From the human T2T-CHM13v2.0 reference genome, Homo sapiens, in assembly GCF_009914755.1 (NCBI RefSeq), contig NC_060927.1: a DNA stretch of 64,000 bases, one strand, 5' to 3'. Positions 39,289-53,408 of the stretch are shown here, in pieces. Every line of letters starts with the position of its first letter. The first letter of the stretch is position 1. A program made the translations under genes and the position numbers. The notes under the pieces were generated by a model. The model worked only from the letters and a program-made list of their open reading frames with translations, was not told the DNA's origin and did no database searches.

Positions 39289-40030
39289 GATGGAAAGCAG
39301 ATATAGGTGATGCAGCATTCAGCCATCTGCTGCTTTGTGAGATGCAAAGTCACTCACCCAAGTGGCCTCTCCCTTGAAAACCTGTACAGAACACAGGTAT
39401 TCCAGAGTAGAATGAGGAATAGATAAGGACATTTCCAATGGTTCCTGCTCATCTTTTGCCTTTTCATGGGCCAAAGTTTGCCTCAGAGGCAGCTATTTTG
39501 TCCACACCTCTCTATTGTGGCACTCGGTACCTTTTCAAATTTTATTTTCCGTTTCCTTTCTATCCTCTCCTTTTTAAGGCATAATTTACACATATATTTG
39601 ACTGCTTGAAGTTCCCCATAGTTCACTGATATCCTTTTTAATCTTTAGAGCTGTTTATCTCTCTATGATTTATTTTGGACAATTTCTATTTGCTATGACT
39701 TCAAGTTAACTAACCTTTCGTTCTGCAATATCTAAGCTATAGTTGTTTTCCTATCCAGTGTATTTTGCATCTCAGACACTGTAGTTTTCATCCCTGGAAG
39801 TTTGATTTGTATCTTTTCATGTCTTTCATGTCCCCACTTAACATATTCAATCTTTCCTCTAGCTTCTGGAGTATATGGAGTAGTTAAATAACAGTTTTAA
39901 GGTCCTTGTCTAGTACTTTTATCACTTGTAGCATTTCTAGATGAGTTTCTATTGATTTTTCTCCTATGGGTTACATTTTTCTGCTTTTTTGCAAGCTTGG
40001 TAATTTTTTGTTGGATGCCAGATATTATGA

Positions 40031-40787
<757 letters not shown>

Positions 40788-40949
40788 TAAGTTGCTTTGA
40801 AACACTGTGGCCCTTTCAGGTCTTGCTTTTAAGCTTTGTTAGTGAGGACTAGAGCAGTGTTTGGTCTAGGGTTAATTTTCTTCACTACTGAGGTGCTCTA
40901 ACTGAGTCTTTAAGTTCTCCATATGTTTTCACCTACTCCCCAAAAAGCA

Positions 40950-41512
40950 TGTAGTATGACTGGCTTAGGTATCTGTGCATGGGCTCCCCAAGATCATCCC
41001 CAAGGTTCATGATTTGCTAGGAGAACTCACAGGACTCTCTATATGCTGTACTCACTGTGAAGATTTATTACAGCAACAAGATAGAAATCAAAATCAACAA
41101 AGGAAAAGGGCACTTGGGGTGAAATCTGAAACAAACTGGGTGCAGGTGCTCAAAGACATCTCCAAGTGGAGTCACACAGGATGTGCTTAATTCTCCCAGC
41201 AACAAGTCAGGACAACATGTGTGAAATATTGTCTACCAGGGAAGCTCATTACAAACTAAGTGCCCAGGGGTATTCTTGGGGTCTGGTCTTGTGGGCAGCT
41301 TCTGTCTGCCGTATACCTAGATTTCAGACTCCCCAAGAGAAAGCAGGTGTTTAAAAATAAAGCACATTATTTGTATGAGTAGTTTAGGCACAATGAACCA
41401 GTCTTATCGGGGAACAGTTGTAACTCTCACGAAGTCCAGGAGCAGCCTTGAAAGCAGGTATTTGCAAGTTATCACAGCAGTTCCAGCCCTGTTATAATAG
41501 CTCTTCTGCACA
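40950..41512 (-). mobile_element. MER21-family LTR
   Basis: gatttgctaggagaactcacaggactc...gtcacacaggatgtgcttaattc...ctcttctgcaca terminus. Confidence 0.75.
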
Positions 41513-41519
41513 GTGCCGA

Positions 41520-42490
41520 TCCCTTAAGTTTCCTTAGCACCTTATATTTCTCCTATAAACCCACTGTTCAACTGCCTGTCTCCCACAGATGGTAAACTCT
41601 TTTCTCTGTGAGAAAAGAAGGCAAACTCTGAGCCCGTGAGAAAAGAAGAAACTATACTTCACTCAATATTGCGCCTCCTGTACCTAGCCTAAAGCTTGGC
41701 ATAAAGTGGATGGTCAAAAATACTTGTTAAATGAAGATAAAGGATTAATATTGTGAGACCATATAAAACTCTTAAGATTATAAAGATACATGGGCAAAGG
41801 ACATAAAGAAATCAATATTCACTAATAAGCAAATCATCTGATTTTAAAAATTAGGAGTTCTTTCTAATGTATTAAAGTGACAAGGGTCAAATAAATATTA
41901 ATATACGAAGTTAAGGATATGGATAAATGGTAACTGTTATCCATTGCCGAAAATAATATGTAAGTTATAAATGACTGATTTAGTAATGTATATCAAGAAT
42001 TTAAAATGTTCATTACCATGTCTCGGGAAATTCCACTTATAATAATTTATCATATAAAACATTAAGAGATAAAAAAAGAAAAAAGATATAAAGATGTTAA
42101 TTGCAGCATTATTTAAAATGGTATGTATGTGCTAACACTACAAATGTCCAATGATAGAAGGTTAAATAAATTAAAAGATATAAATACAATGAGATATTAA
42201 GAAGTAAACCATAGATTGCTTTCAATAAATACTTTATGAGGACATGTAAAAACACCACAATGCAATAAGTGAAAAACTCAAGATATCAGTCAATATATTT
42301 TGTTCCAAATTATGTGTATATATGTGTATATTTACATATAAGATATGTATTATTAAAACTACAATAAAGTTGGGAAATATATATGTTAAATAATATTAAC
42401 TACTTGTGAAGAGTTTAATCATGGGGTCACTGTTCTTTTCTTATTTTTCTTTTTAAGTGCTTTTCAAATGGGTGTTTTTGTAATAAGGAT
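41520..42490 (+). mobile_element. L2 3' tail (~41520-41735) followed by a degraded L1ME 3' region
   Basis: cttggcataaagt...aaatacttgttaaatgaa; aagatgttaattgcagcattattt...aaatgtccaatgatag. Confidence 0.55.
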
Positions 42491-43326
42491 ACACATATGT
42501 ATACTTGCATACATATACATTCATACAAATGAACATGTATTTCCTAATTTGTTTCATTATTTCATTATTGAATAATAACTACTGTGGGGAGAGGAATCTC
42601 AAATTAAATATCATATGTGAAGCACACAAATAAAAAAAATTATACTTGTCATTAGGAGAGGACCAATTCTCATCAGAGACATTTGGGGGAACTCACTAAG
42701 TCTTAGTTGGTACTTATCCAGTACTACTCACCATTATCAATATTTTATTTAAAAATATACTTCTGAACATGTAATTGTTTCATTTCAGAAATTAAACACT
42801 TTTTCAATCTCCACACAGCTGAGATTTCTACTTCCTTTTCATGTGATCTTAGGGTTATGTCTATTTCTGAAGGCTAGTGTATGAAAGTATTCATGAGATA
42901 TTTTATACTGTCTTTGAAATTTTGATTTTACTATCTTTCATAAGTTTTAAAATATTTGCTTTTAAAATGGGAGTGAAAAGTGCAATCATCAAAGGTTAAT
43001 TAAATTTCTCCCATCTGGAAATATGAATATTCTGAATATTTACATAGGATTAAAAGATTTAGACACATACATGCACATACACACACACACCAGAGACAGA
43101 GACAGACTTGTAACTTCTACTTCCAAAACCCTAATAAATAAGATTATGTAATTTGATGACAGATGATTTATTAAACAGCATCTTTACTGACAAGTTGTAT
43201 TCTCTGCAACATCTGTCATTTTCCTATCTGATTATGTTTCCATCTCATTCAAACCATTATAGACAATGAATATTTTGATTAGTCATGTTGGGATACTGAA
43301 TTATATCTAAAACCAAGCTGCTTCTC

Positions 43327-43830
43327 TGTCCTGGTTTGGATTTCTCCTAGAGCAAACCGCAAACCAAGGACTTGGGTGCAAGTAACTTGTTTGGGAGGTA
43401 ATCCAAGGAGACATATTGAGGACATGGGGAGTGAGTCAGGGAATCGAGGAATGCTTGAAGCAGGTGTTCATGATCAGGCTCCTTCTGAGGGCAATCTGGA
43501 TCTTGTTCTCTCTGGAGACCACCAGACAGACTGTGTGGAACATGCCTGGGAAATGACCCACTTAAGGACAAGGAAGTGAATAAGTGAATAAGGACAGTGA
43601 ATTCTTTTTATGCACCAACACTTCTCTATATTATTTGAAGGTCATCAAAGGGACATTGACTTCCGGCATTTTCAGCCATCCCCATGACCAGGCTGCAAAT
43701 GCCAACAGGCAGAGAGGAATGGCGATGCTCGGTGGATGGGAACTGTCTGTGGGAGACTTCTGGGTGTGGAGGAAGGCCCCGACCACCCCTCTGTGTGGAA
43801 CAAGACATGGCCAGGGAAAAGAAGTGATGC
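43327..43830 (-). mobile_element. ERVL LTR (LTR33/LTR16-like)
   Basis: tgtcctggtttggatt...aaggacttgggtgcaagtaacttgtttgggaggtaatcc. Confidence 0.65.
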
Positions 43831-44443
43831 TTTCACTTTTATTCTTTTGCAGAGTCACTAGCTCTGACATCAGTCTTAGCACTTAGGAGCCCAGTGACTT
43901 TGAGCCAGTTATAAATCCTCCCAAACCCCAGTTTTTCTCATCTGGACTTAGGTTTGGTCAGAACAAGTATCTGAAACTTAGAAGTAGGCAAAAAGATTAG
44001 TAGATATTCCTTCAGTGTTATGCTGGGCTTGATTTTCTATTAGCTTGGCTATTTTACAACTCTGTAGGGACAGAGGTTGATTTGTAGATTTTTGTCCTAT
44101 GGAATGCAAATAATTTCTATTTGATAGAATAGAGCACCCCAAAGCTGACAGTTATGCTTCTCTTGGACATTATTCCATTTGGTATCCAACCCAGAAGTCT
44201 TATCCTAGTATTGCCTACAAACATCTGGCATTTAAATGTTCTTTGAACTGGTTTTAATATGTCAAGGGACTTTTGTTAATGAATGAATTGAATAAAAATA
44301 TTTGGCATGTACTCATTTTACATTTACCTGAGAGTCATAATTTTTGCCTCTTTGAAAACTATACTTTCACAGTTTTATAAACTTATTTTAGCTGTGAGAC
44401 TCTCCCATCCAAGCCTCCACGGACCCACTATATGTAAAATGGA

Positions 44444-44527
44444 TGAGTATGCAGGAAGTGGTATATGCAGGAAGTGGTGAATATGCAGGAAGTGAGTATG
44501 CAGGAAGTGAGTACACAGGAAGTGGTG
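44444..44527 (+). repeat. Tandem array, 5 units of 15-18 bp, each with an invariant CAGGAAGTG
   Basis: CAGGAAGTG begins at 44452, 44468, 44486, 44501 and 44516. Confidence 0.95.
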
Positions 44528-44676
44528 ACCTGCCCACCTCCAAGCCTCTCACAGGCTGCTGAGGAATCTCTTTGCCTCTTTGGAATTGAGTTTTTTAATT
44601 GCTCTTCTAAATGATTCTCACTTGTCTTTTGGTCCTTTCTTTGTTTCAAAAAGCTTTCTTTTACAGAAAAGAAAAT

Positions 44677-45129
44677 TGTAGAGACAAAGACCACCCAAAC
44701 GAAAATTAAACAGATTATTTAGTTGGAGCTTGCTATACAAAGGAGTCAGCCACCATCACTTGTGCTCCACATGGACTTAAAGACAGGCAGAGGAGAGGGA
44801 AAGCGTACAGGGAAAAGGAGGAGGCTTCAGGTATGCCCTGATTGGAGGCTGTTGGCATGGGAAAGCTGGAGGTGGGCTGACTGGAGGTGGAGTTCCAATG
44901 TAATTGAGTTGGGGAGCATATTTTACTTTTTTTGTGTTGCTCTAAGTAGGAAGTGGGAGGACAGTGGCAAAAATTAGGGAAGCTGTCAGCTATTAAGTAC
45001 TGACTACTTTGGGCTGATGGCTACAGAAATTGTGATTTGACTTCTTGGACTGGCTGCTGCAGACTGTGGGGCAAAGTTCTCTTTTTATATATGATCTGGC
45101 CATTGTCCATTTGTATTTTCAGTCCATCA
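44677..45129 (-). mobile_element. ERVL solo LTR (LTR52-like)
   Basis: TG...CA termini; ggagtcagccaccatcacttg...aggcttcaggtatgccctgattggagg; aaat on both sides. Confidence 0.7.
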
Positions 45130-45432
45130 AAATGGAGGCTTAAGTGTATTGAGTTGCGTGAGGTTCTGCACTCAGTGGCTAAGGAAGACTATATTGCCTG
45201 TGAATTCTAGCCTTAGCTTAACTGTAAAGAACAAAGTAAAACAAATCCCTGAGGCCCAGACCAAGACTAGGAAACAACAAAAACTAGGAGGGCAGATTAA
45301 AGAGGAGGTAGAGAGAGAAATTGAGATAGAAAGTTTATTCAAAGGGACAATAATAGAGAACTCCCCAAACCTAGAGAAAGATTTCAATATCTACGCACAA
45401 GAAGGTTAAGAATACCAAGCAGATTTAACTCA

Positions 45433-45795
<363 letters not shown>

Positions 45796-46239
45796 CTAAA
45801 AGCAGCAAGAGAACAGAAACGAATAATATACAAAGACACTTCAATACTTCTGGAAGCAGCCTTTGCAATGGAAAACTTACAGGACAGGAGAGAGTGGCAT
45901 GATATTTTTTAAATACTGAAGGAAAAAGACTTTTATCCTGGAATAGTATATCCAGCAAAAATGTCCTTCGGACATGAAGGAAAAATAAAGACTTTCCTAG
46001 ACAAACAAAAGCTGAGGGATTTCATAAACATCAGATCTGTCCTAAGAGAAATCCTAAAGGGAGTTCTTCAATCTTAAAGAAAATGAGATTAACAAGCAAT
46101 AAGAAATCACATGAAGGTACAGAACTCATGGATAATAGTAAGTACACAGACAAACACAGAATATTATAACACTGTAATTGTGGTGTGTAAACTACTATGT
46201 TGAGTAGAAAGACTAAAAGATGAACCTATAAAAAATAGT

Positions 46240-46790
46240 AAATAACTATTTACTAAAAGTAAATAAAGTAAATAGTAAATAGTATTACTATTTATATATA
46301 TAAAGTAATATATATTTATATATAAATATATATAAAGTAAATAGTAAATAACTACTAAAAGATGAACTATTTACTAAAAGATGAACTTATCAAAAATGTA
46401 AATAACTTTTTATATCTTATTATATTATATATATTATATTATATATTTTATATCTTATATATTATATTATATTATAATATTATATCTGATTATATTATAA
46501 TATATAATATAATACATATCTTATATTATATTATATATTTTTATATCTTATTATACTATATTATATATTATATAATGTACTTATATAATTATATATGACA
46601 TATTATATATTATATATAACACTTATATAATATATAATTATATATGTTATTATATATGTTAATATATAATGTTATTATATAATATATTATATATAACTAA
46701 TTATTGCAATCAATTATTATATATAATTATAAATATTATATAATTATAATATCTATTATATATTTACTCAAAAGTTATAACTATTTATTC
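46240..46790. repeat. Extremely AT-rich (TA/TATTA) low-complexity expansion in the L1 inter-ORF region
   Basis: Directly visible; actaaaagatgaac occurs three times between 46212 and 46386. Confidence 0.9.
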
Positions 46791-49700
46791 AAAGTTATTT
46801 TTGAAGATATAGACAGTATAATAAGATATAAATAGAAACAACAAAAGAGTTTAAAAGTGGGGGGGATGGAGTTAAAGTGTAGAGTTTTTATCAGTTTTAT
46901 CAGTTTTCTCTTTGCTTATTTGTTTTGTAATCAGTGTTAAGTATTCATGAGTTTAAAGTAATGGGCTATAAGATGTCATTTGCAAGGCTTATGGCAACTT
47001 CAAATAAAAAATACCTACAACAGATACACAAAAAATAAAAAGCAAGAAATTAAAACATACCTTTTGTGAAGGAGAAAATTACCTTCACACAAAGGAAGAT
47101 AGCAAGGAAAGAAGAAAGGAGAGTAGAGCAAAAGACAATCGGAAAACAAATAGCAAACTGAGAGGAGTAAGTCCTTTCTTATCAATAATAAAATTGCATG
47201 TAAATGGACTAAACTCTCCAAACAAAAGACATAGAGTAGCTGAATGGATTGTTTAAAAAAGAACCAACGATCTGTTGCCTACAAGAAACACACTTCACCT
47301 ATAAAGACATACATAGACTAAAAACAAAGAATATCAAAAAGATATTCAATGCAAATGGAAATCAAAAAAGAGCAAGAGTAGGTATATATTGGACAAAATA
47401 GATGTCAAGTAGTATCTATCAGACAAAGTTTCAGTAGTATCTATCAGACAAAATAGAATTCAAGACAAGCACTATAAAAAGAGAAAAAGAAAGTCATTAT
47501 GTAATGATAAAGGGGTCAATTTTGCCAGAGGATATAACAATTTTAAGTATGTATGTACACAACAATGGAACACTAGATACGTAAAGCAAATATTATTAGA
47601 GCTAAAGAGAGAGATAGACCCCAATACAATAATAACTGGAGACTTCAACATCCCACTTTTAGCAATGAATGGATCATCCAGACAGAAAATCAACTAAGAA
47701 ACATTGAACTTATAGAAGATCTGTGCTATAGACCAAATGGACCTAATAGATATTTACAGCACATTTAATCCAGCAGCTAAAGAATACACATTTGTCTGCT
47801 CAGCATATGGATCTTTCTCAAGGATAGACCATATATTAGACCACAAAAGAAAAAATTGAACTCGTATTAAGTATCTTCTCTGACCACAGTGAAATAAAGT
47901 TAGAAATCAAGAACAAAAGGAATTTTGGAAACTATGAAAACACACAGGAATTAAACAATATGCTCCAGAATGACTAGTGGGCCAATGAAGAAATTAAGAA
48001 GGAAATTGAAAAAAATTTTGAACCAATGAAAATGGGAACACAATATACTAAGACCTATGGGATACTGCAAAAGCAGTATTAAAAGGAAAGTTTATAGCAA
48101 TAAGCACCTACATGAAAAAAGTAGATAAACATTAAATAAACAACCTAATGATACATCTTAAAAAAGTAGAAAAGGAAGAGCAAACCAAACCCAAAATCAA
48201 TAACAAAAAAATAAAGATCAGAACAAAAGTAAATGAAATTTAAATAAAAAACCTTAAAAATTTCATTTCAAACCAATAAAGTGAAAACTTATTTTTTTGA
48301 AAAAGTAAACAAAATTGACAAACATTTAGCCAGACCTTCAGAAAAAAAAAAAGAGACAGAGAATACCCAAATAAACACAATCAGAGATGAAAAAGGAGAC
48401 ATTACAACTGATACCACAGAAATTTAAAGGATCATTAGAGGCTACTCTGAGCAATTATATGCCAATAAATTCAAAAACCTAGAGGAAATGGATTAATTCC
48501 TAGACACATACAATTTACCAATATTGAACCATGAAGAAATTCAAAACCTGAACAGACTGATAACAAGTAATGAGGTCGAAGCCTCAATAAAAAGTCTCCA
48601 TGCAAAGAAAACCGTGGGTCCCAATGGCTTCACTGCTAAATATTACCAAACATGTAAAAAAGAACTAATACCAATCCTAGTCAAACTATTCCAAAAAATA
48701 GAGGAAGAGGGAATACTTCCAAATACATTCTACAAGGCCAGTATTACCCTGACATCAAAACCATGCAAATACATATCAAAAAAGGAAAATTACAGGCCAA
48801 TGTCCCTGAAGAAAATTTATGCAAAAATTCTTAATAAAATACTAGCAAATCTAATTCAACAACACATTAAAAAGATTATTCATCATGACCAAGCGGGATT
48901 TATCCCAGGGATGCAAGGATGGTTCAACATATACAAGTCAATGAATGTGCTGCATCATATCAACAGAGTGAAAGACAAAACCCATATGATCATTTCAATT
49001 AATGCTGACAAAGCATTTGATAAAATTCAAGATCTCTTCATGATAAAAGCCTAAATAAACTGGGTATAGAAGGAACATACCTCAACACAATAAAAGCCAT
49101 ATACAACAGACCTACAGCTAGTATTATACTGGATGGGGAAAAACTGAAAACCTTTCTTCTAAGATCTGGAACAAGACAAGGATGTTCACTTTCACCATTG
49201 TTATCTAACATAGTACTGGAAATCCTAGCTAGAACAATCACACAAGAGAAAGAAATAGAGGTCATCTAAATTGGAATGGAAGACGTCAAATTATCCTTGT
49301 TTGCAGATGATATGATCTTATATTTGGATAAAGCTAAAGACTCCACCAAAAATTATTAGAACTGCTAAACAAACTCAGTAAAGTTGCAGGATACAAAATC
49401 ATACAAAAATCAGTAACATCTCCATATGCCAACAGCAAACAATCTGAAAAAGAAATAAAGAAAGTAAATCCATTTACAAAAGCTACAAATCAAATAACAT
49501 ACGTATGAATTTACTTAACCAAAGAAGTGAAAGATTTCTATAATAAAAATTATAAAACACTGATAAACGAAATTGAAGAGGACACCAAAAAATGGAAAGA
49601 TATTTCATGTTCATGAATTGGAAGAATGAATATTGTTAAAATGTCCACACTACCCAAAGAAGTCCATAGAGTCAGTGCAACTCCTATCAAAATCCCAATG

Positions 49701-51579
49701 ACATTCTTCCCAGAGTAGAAAAAAAAATCCTAAAATTTTTCTGGATCCACAAAACACCCATAATAGCCAAAGGTATCCTGAGCAAAAAGAATAAAACTGG
49801 AGGAATCACATTACCTGACTTCAAATTATAATATAGAGCTATAGTAACCAAAACAGCATGGTACTGGCATAAAAACAGACATATAGACCAATGAAACAGA
49901 ATAAAGAACCCAGAAATAAGTCCATATATCTACAGTAAACTCATCTTTGACAAAGGTGCCAAGAACATACACTGGGGAAAAGACAGTCTCTTCAATAAGT
50001 GGTTCTGGGAAAACTTGATATCCATATGCAGAAGAATGAAACAATTCCTATCTCTCACCAAATACAAAATAAAATCAAAATGGATTAAAGACTTAAATAT
50101 AAGATCTCAAACTATGAAAATACTTAGAAAATACATTGGGGAAACTCTCCAGGACATTGGTCTGAGCAACGATTTCTTAAGTAATACCCCACAAGCATAG
50201 GCAATCAAAGCAAAAATGGACTAATAGGATCACATTGAGTCAAAAAGCTTCTGCATAGTAAAGGAAACAATCAAATAAGTGAAGAGATAACCACAGAATA
50301 GGAGAAAATATGTGCAAACTACCCATCTGACAAGGGGTTAATAACCAGAATATATAAGAACTTAATAGGAAAAAATCTAATCCGATTAAAAATGGGCAAA
50401 AGATCGGATGGACATTTCTCAAAAGAAGACATACAAATGGTAAGCAGGTATATGAGAAGGTGCTCAACATCATTGATCATTAGAGAAATACAAATCAATA
50501 CTACAAAGAGATATCATCTCACTCCAGTAAGAATGGATTTTATCCAAAAGAGGTAATAATGAATGCTGGCAAGGAAAAAAGGGAACCCTTGTACACTGTT
50601 GGTGGGAATGTAAAATAGTACTTCCACTATGGAGAACAGTTTGAAATTTCCTCAAAAAACTAAAAATAGAACATATGATCCAGCAATCCCACTGGTAGAT
50701 ATATATCCAAAAGAAAGGAAATCAGTATATCAGAGATATCAGCACTCCAATGTTTATTGCAGCAAGATTCACGATAGCCACGATTTGGAAGCAACCTAAG
50801 TGTCCATCAGCAGATGAATGGATAAAGAAAATGTGGTACATGTACACAATGTAGTATTATTCAGCCATACAGAAGAATGAGATTCTGTCATTTACAACAA
50901 CATGGATGGAGCTGGAGGTCATTATGTTAAGTGAAATAAGCCAGGCTCAGAAAGGCAATCTTTGTATGTTCTCACACATTTGGGAGCTAAAAATTAAAAC
51001 AATTGAACTCATGGAGACGGAGAATAGAATGATGGTTACCAGAGGCTAGGAAGGGTAGTGGAGGTGGGGGGACAGTGAGGATGGTCAATGGGTAAGGACA
51101 TCTAGTTTTGACAGATGAATAAGATTATATATTTGATAGCACAACAGAGTCACCTGATAGCACAACAGACTTTAGGTCAATAATAATTTGTTGTACAGTT
51201 AAAAATAACTAAAAGAATATAATTGGATTGTTTTTAACACAAAGAGAGGATAAACGCTTGAGGTTATGGAGACTCCATTTACCCTGATATGATTACTACA
51301 CATTGTATGCCTGTATTAAAATATCTTATTTACTCCATAAACATACACATATACTATGTACCCACAAAAATTAAAAATAAAAACAACAGCAACTACAATA
51401 TAACTAGGAGGACAGAGCAGAAGAAATGGAAAGGGCAGCTTGTGAATGCGTGTGAGAGATCCTAGGGCCTTCCACAGATTAACTGAGGCTTCAAAAAAGG
51501 CAGTGAGGACTGAGGACTGAAGGTTTACTTGAAGTTGGAGAAAGTCTTGGTGTTTATGTGACCACTGAAACCCCAAGGA

Positions 51580-51991
51580 TGATGGTTAATTTTAGTTTTC
51601 AGCTTGACTGGGTTAAGGAATACTGAGATAACTGATAAAGCATTATTTCTGAGTGTGTCTTTGAGGGTGTTTATGGAAGAGATTGGCATGTGAGTCAGTG
51701 GAGTGAGTAAGATTTGCCTGCAATATGGACAGGAAGCAGCCAATCAGCTGGGGGCCCAGATAGAATAAAAAAGGCAGGAGAAATGTAATTCCTGCCCTGA
51801 GCCTCTCTGAGCACACTTTCTTGCCTTTCTGCCTTCTGCCATGGGATGATGCAGCAGAAAGGGCCCTGCTGGATGTGAGACCCTTGACCCTGAACTTCCC
51901 AGCCTCCAGAACAGTAAGAAATAAATCTCTATTCTTTATAAATTATCCAGTCTCAGGTATTCTGTGATAGCGGCACAAAATAGACTAAGAC
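51580..51991 (+). mobile_element. MLT2-type LTR 5' part (51580-~51790) joined to an MST-type LTR 3' part (~51810-51991)
   Basis: tgatggttaattttagttttcagcttgactgggttaagg (MLT2-like); acttcccagcctccagaacagtaagaaataaat...gactaagaca (MST-like). Confidence 0.75.
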
Positions 51992-52802
51992 ACCAGACTA
52001 GTAGAACCCATGGGAATGAAGCTTACATCTATATTTATACTTGAATTCCTCATGTTGGACCTGTCATACCTTCCCTTTTCAGGAATCTGCAAATAGCCCT
52101 TTACATCCAGGCTTGGTTTCCTCCCTTATCTGAGAACAGCATTACAAACAGAACAAAAGTACCTAGTGCCATATGGACAGACCAAAAAACTCTTTGATCA
52201 GTCATTCCACTCAGGTATGCCAGCCTGTTCCTAAACCAGGGATGGTAATGAAAGTAATTTAACATACATCTATAATTAATTGGTTACACTTTTCCTGCTG
52301 CTGGCAAATCATACTATTTTAGAAAAGTTCATGGAATTAATCTCCCAGAAGAGAGATGATGTGGAAAGCCTTCAGAAATAAATGGTTTTGTTTACTCCCA
52401 AACATCTGAGTTTTAAGAACCAATTTTAACTATAGGTCAGGGTTAATTTAGTGTTTCAAATTTGTCTTTTAGAAAGCTGTATAAAGTCAAATATCTTCTT
52501 CTCCCCACCAGATATACAGGATATCTACAGCATAATAGCATAGAAATCATTTTCCTTGTCAGATGGTTCCTATAATCTGTTAAGGGCAATAGATAAGATT
52601 TTTTTAATAGAAAGAAAATATGAAGATAAGAGATGTTATAAAAAGGCCTTTACATTTATTTATTCAACTTGATCTTTAGACAAAAGAGAATATTGTGTAT
52701 TCCTGGTGAAGGTGTTACTTAGTGTTTTAGAAGTGATTTAGAATGAAAAAAGTATATGCTCATTAAGTTCAGGGTTGATTAAAATTTGACCAGACTACAA
52801 AG

Positions 52803-52905
52803 TAGGGTGACCAATTGATCCTGGTTTTCCTGGGACTTTCCTGATTTTAGCACTGAAAATTCTGTGTTCCTAGAAATCCCTGCAGTCCTGGAACCATTGC
52901 TCAGC
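52803..52905 (+). mobile_element. hAT-Blackjack MITE (MER81-like)
   Basis: tagggtgaccaa...cctgggactttcctgattttagcactgaaa. Confidence 0.75.
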
Positions 52906-53225
52906 CAACCAAGATTTCAAAGAATTTGAGTTTAAATAGATTCAATTTTGAAAACTGATGAATGGAATTAAGTAAGGGTAAGTCCTTAAGGATGGAAAAT
53001 AGATATGCAAAATATGACAGAAAAAAATTAACTGTAGAAATACAGCAATCAGAGGATCATAGACTGCACATGATTCCCAGAATTGAAGTTTTGAAGATAA
53101 AGAGTTGCATCTCATTTAATATCTTGCTAGCAATCCAAGATATGATAAGACATGACTCAGATTCTTTCATCCTACTGTCTGCTTCTTCCATCACACTCTT
53201 TTTGCTTGGTTCTAAGAACATCTAG

Positions 53226-53408
53226 AGCAGTCGTTCTCAAAACTGCTGCCTAGACTAGTAGAAATAGCACCACTTGGACATGTGTTAGAAATTCAAGTTC
53301 TCAAGCTTCAGAGTTACTGAATCTGAAACTCTGGAGAAAGGGACAGAAATCTGTTGTAGCAAGCCTGCCATGTGATTCTGATGCATGTTAAATATTAAGA
53401 ATGACTGA
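53226..53408. mobile_element. MER5A
   Basis: cagtcgttctcaaa...gttagaaattcaagttctc...actgaatctgaaactctgg...gtgattctgatgca. Confidence 0.75.

Noticed and set aside
44444-44527. Repeat-spacer pattern as a CRISPR-like array
   Set aside because: The 9-bp cores have 6-9-bp mutually related spacers, there are no cas genes, and the context is human; it is a degenerate minisatellite.
48524-49054. 176-aa reverse-transcriptase-like ORF as a functional gene
   Set aside because: It is a stop-free stretch of an otherwise heavily disrupted L1MA ORF2.
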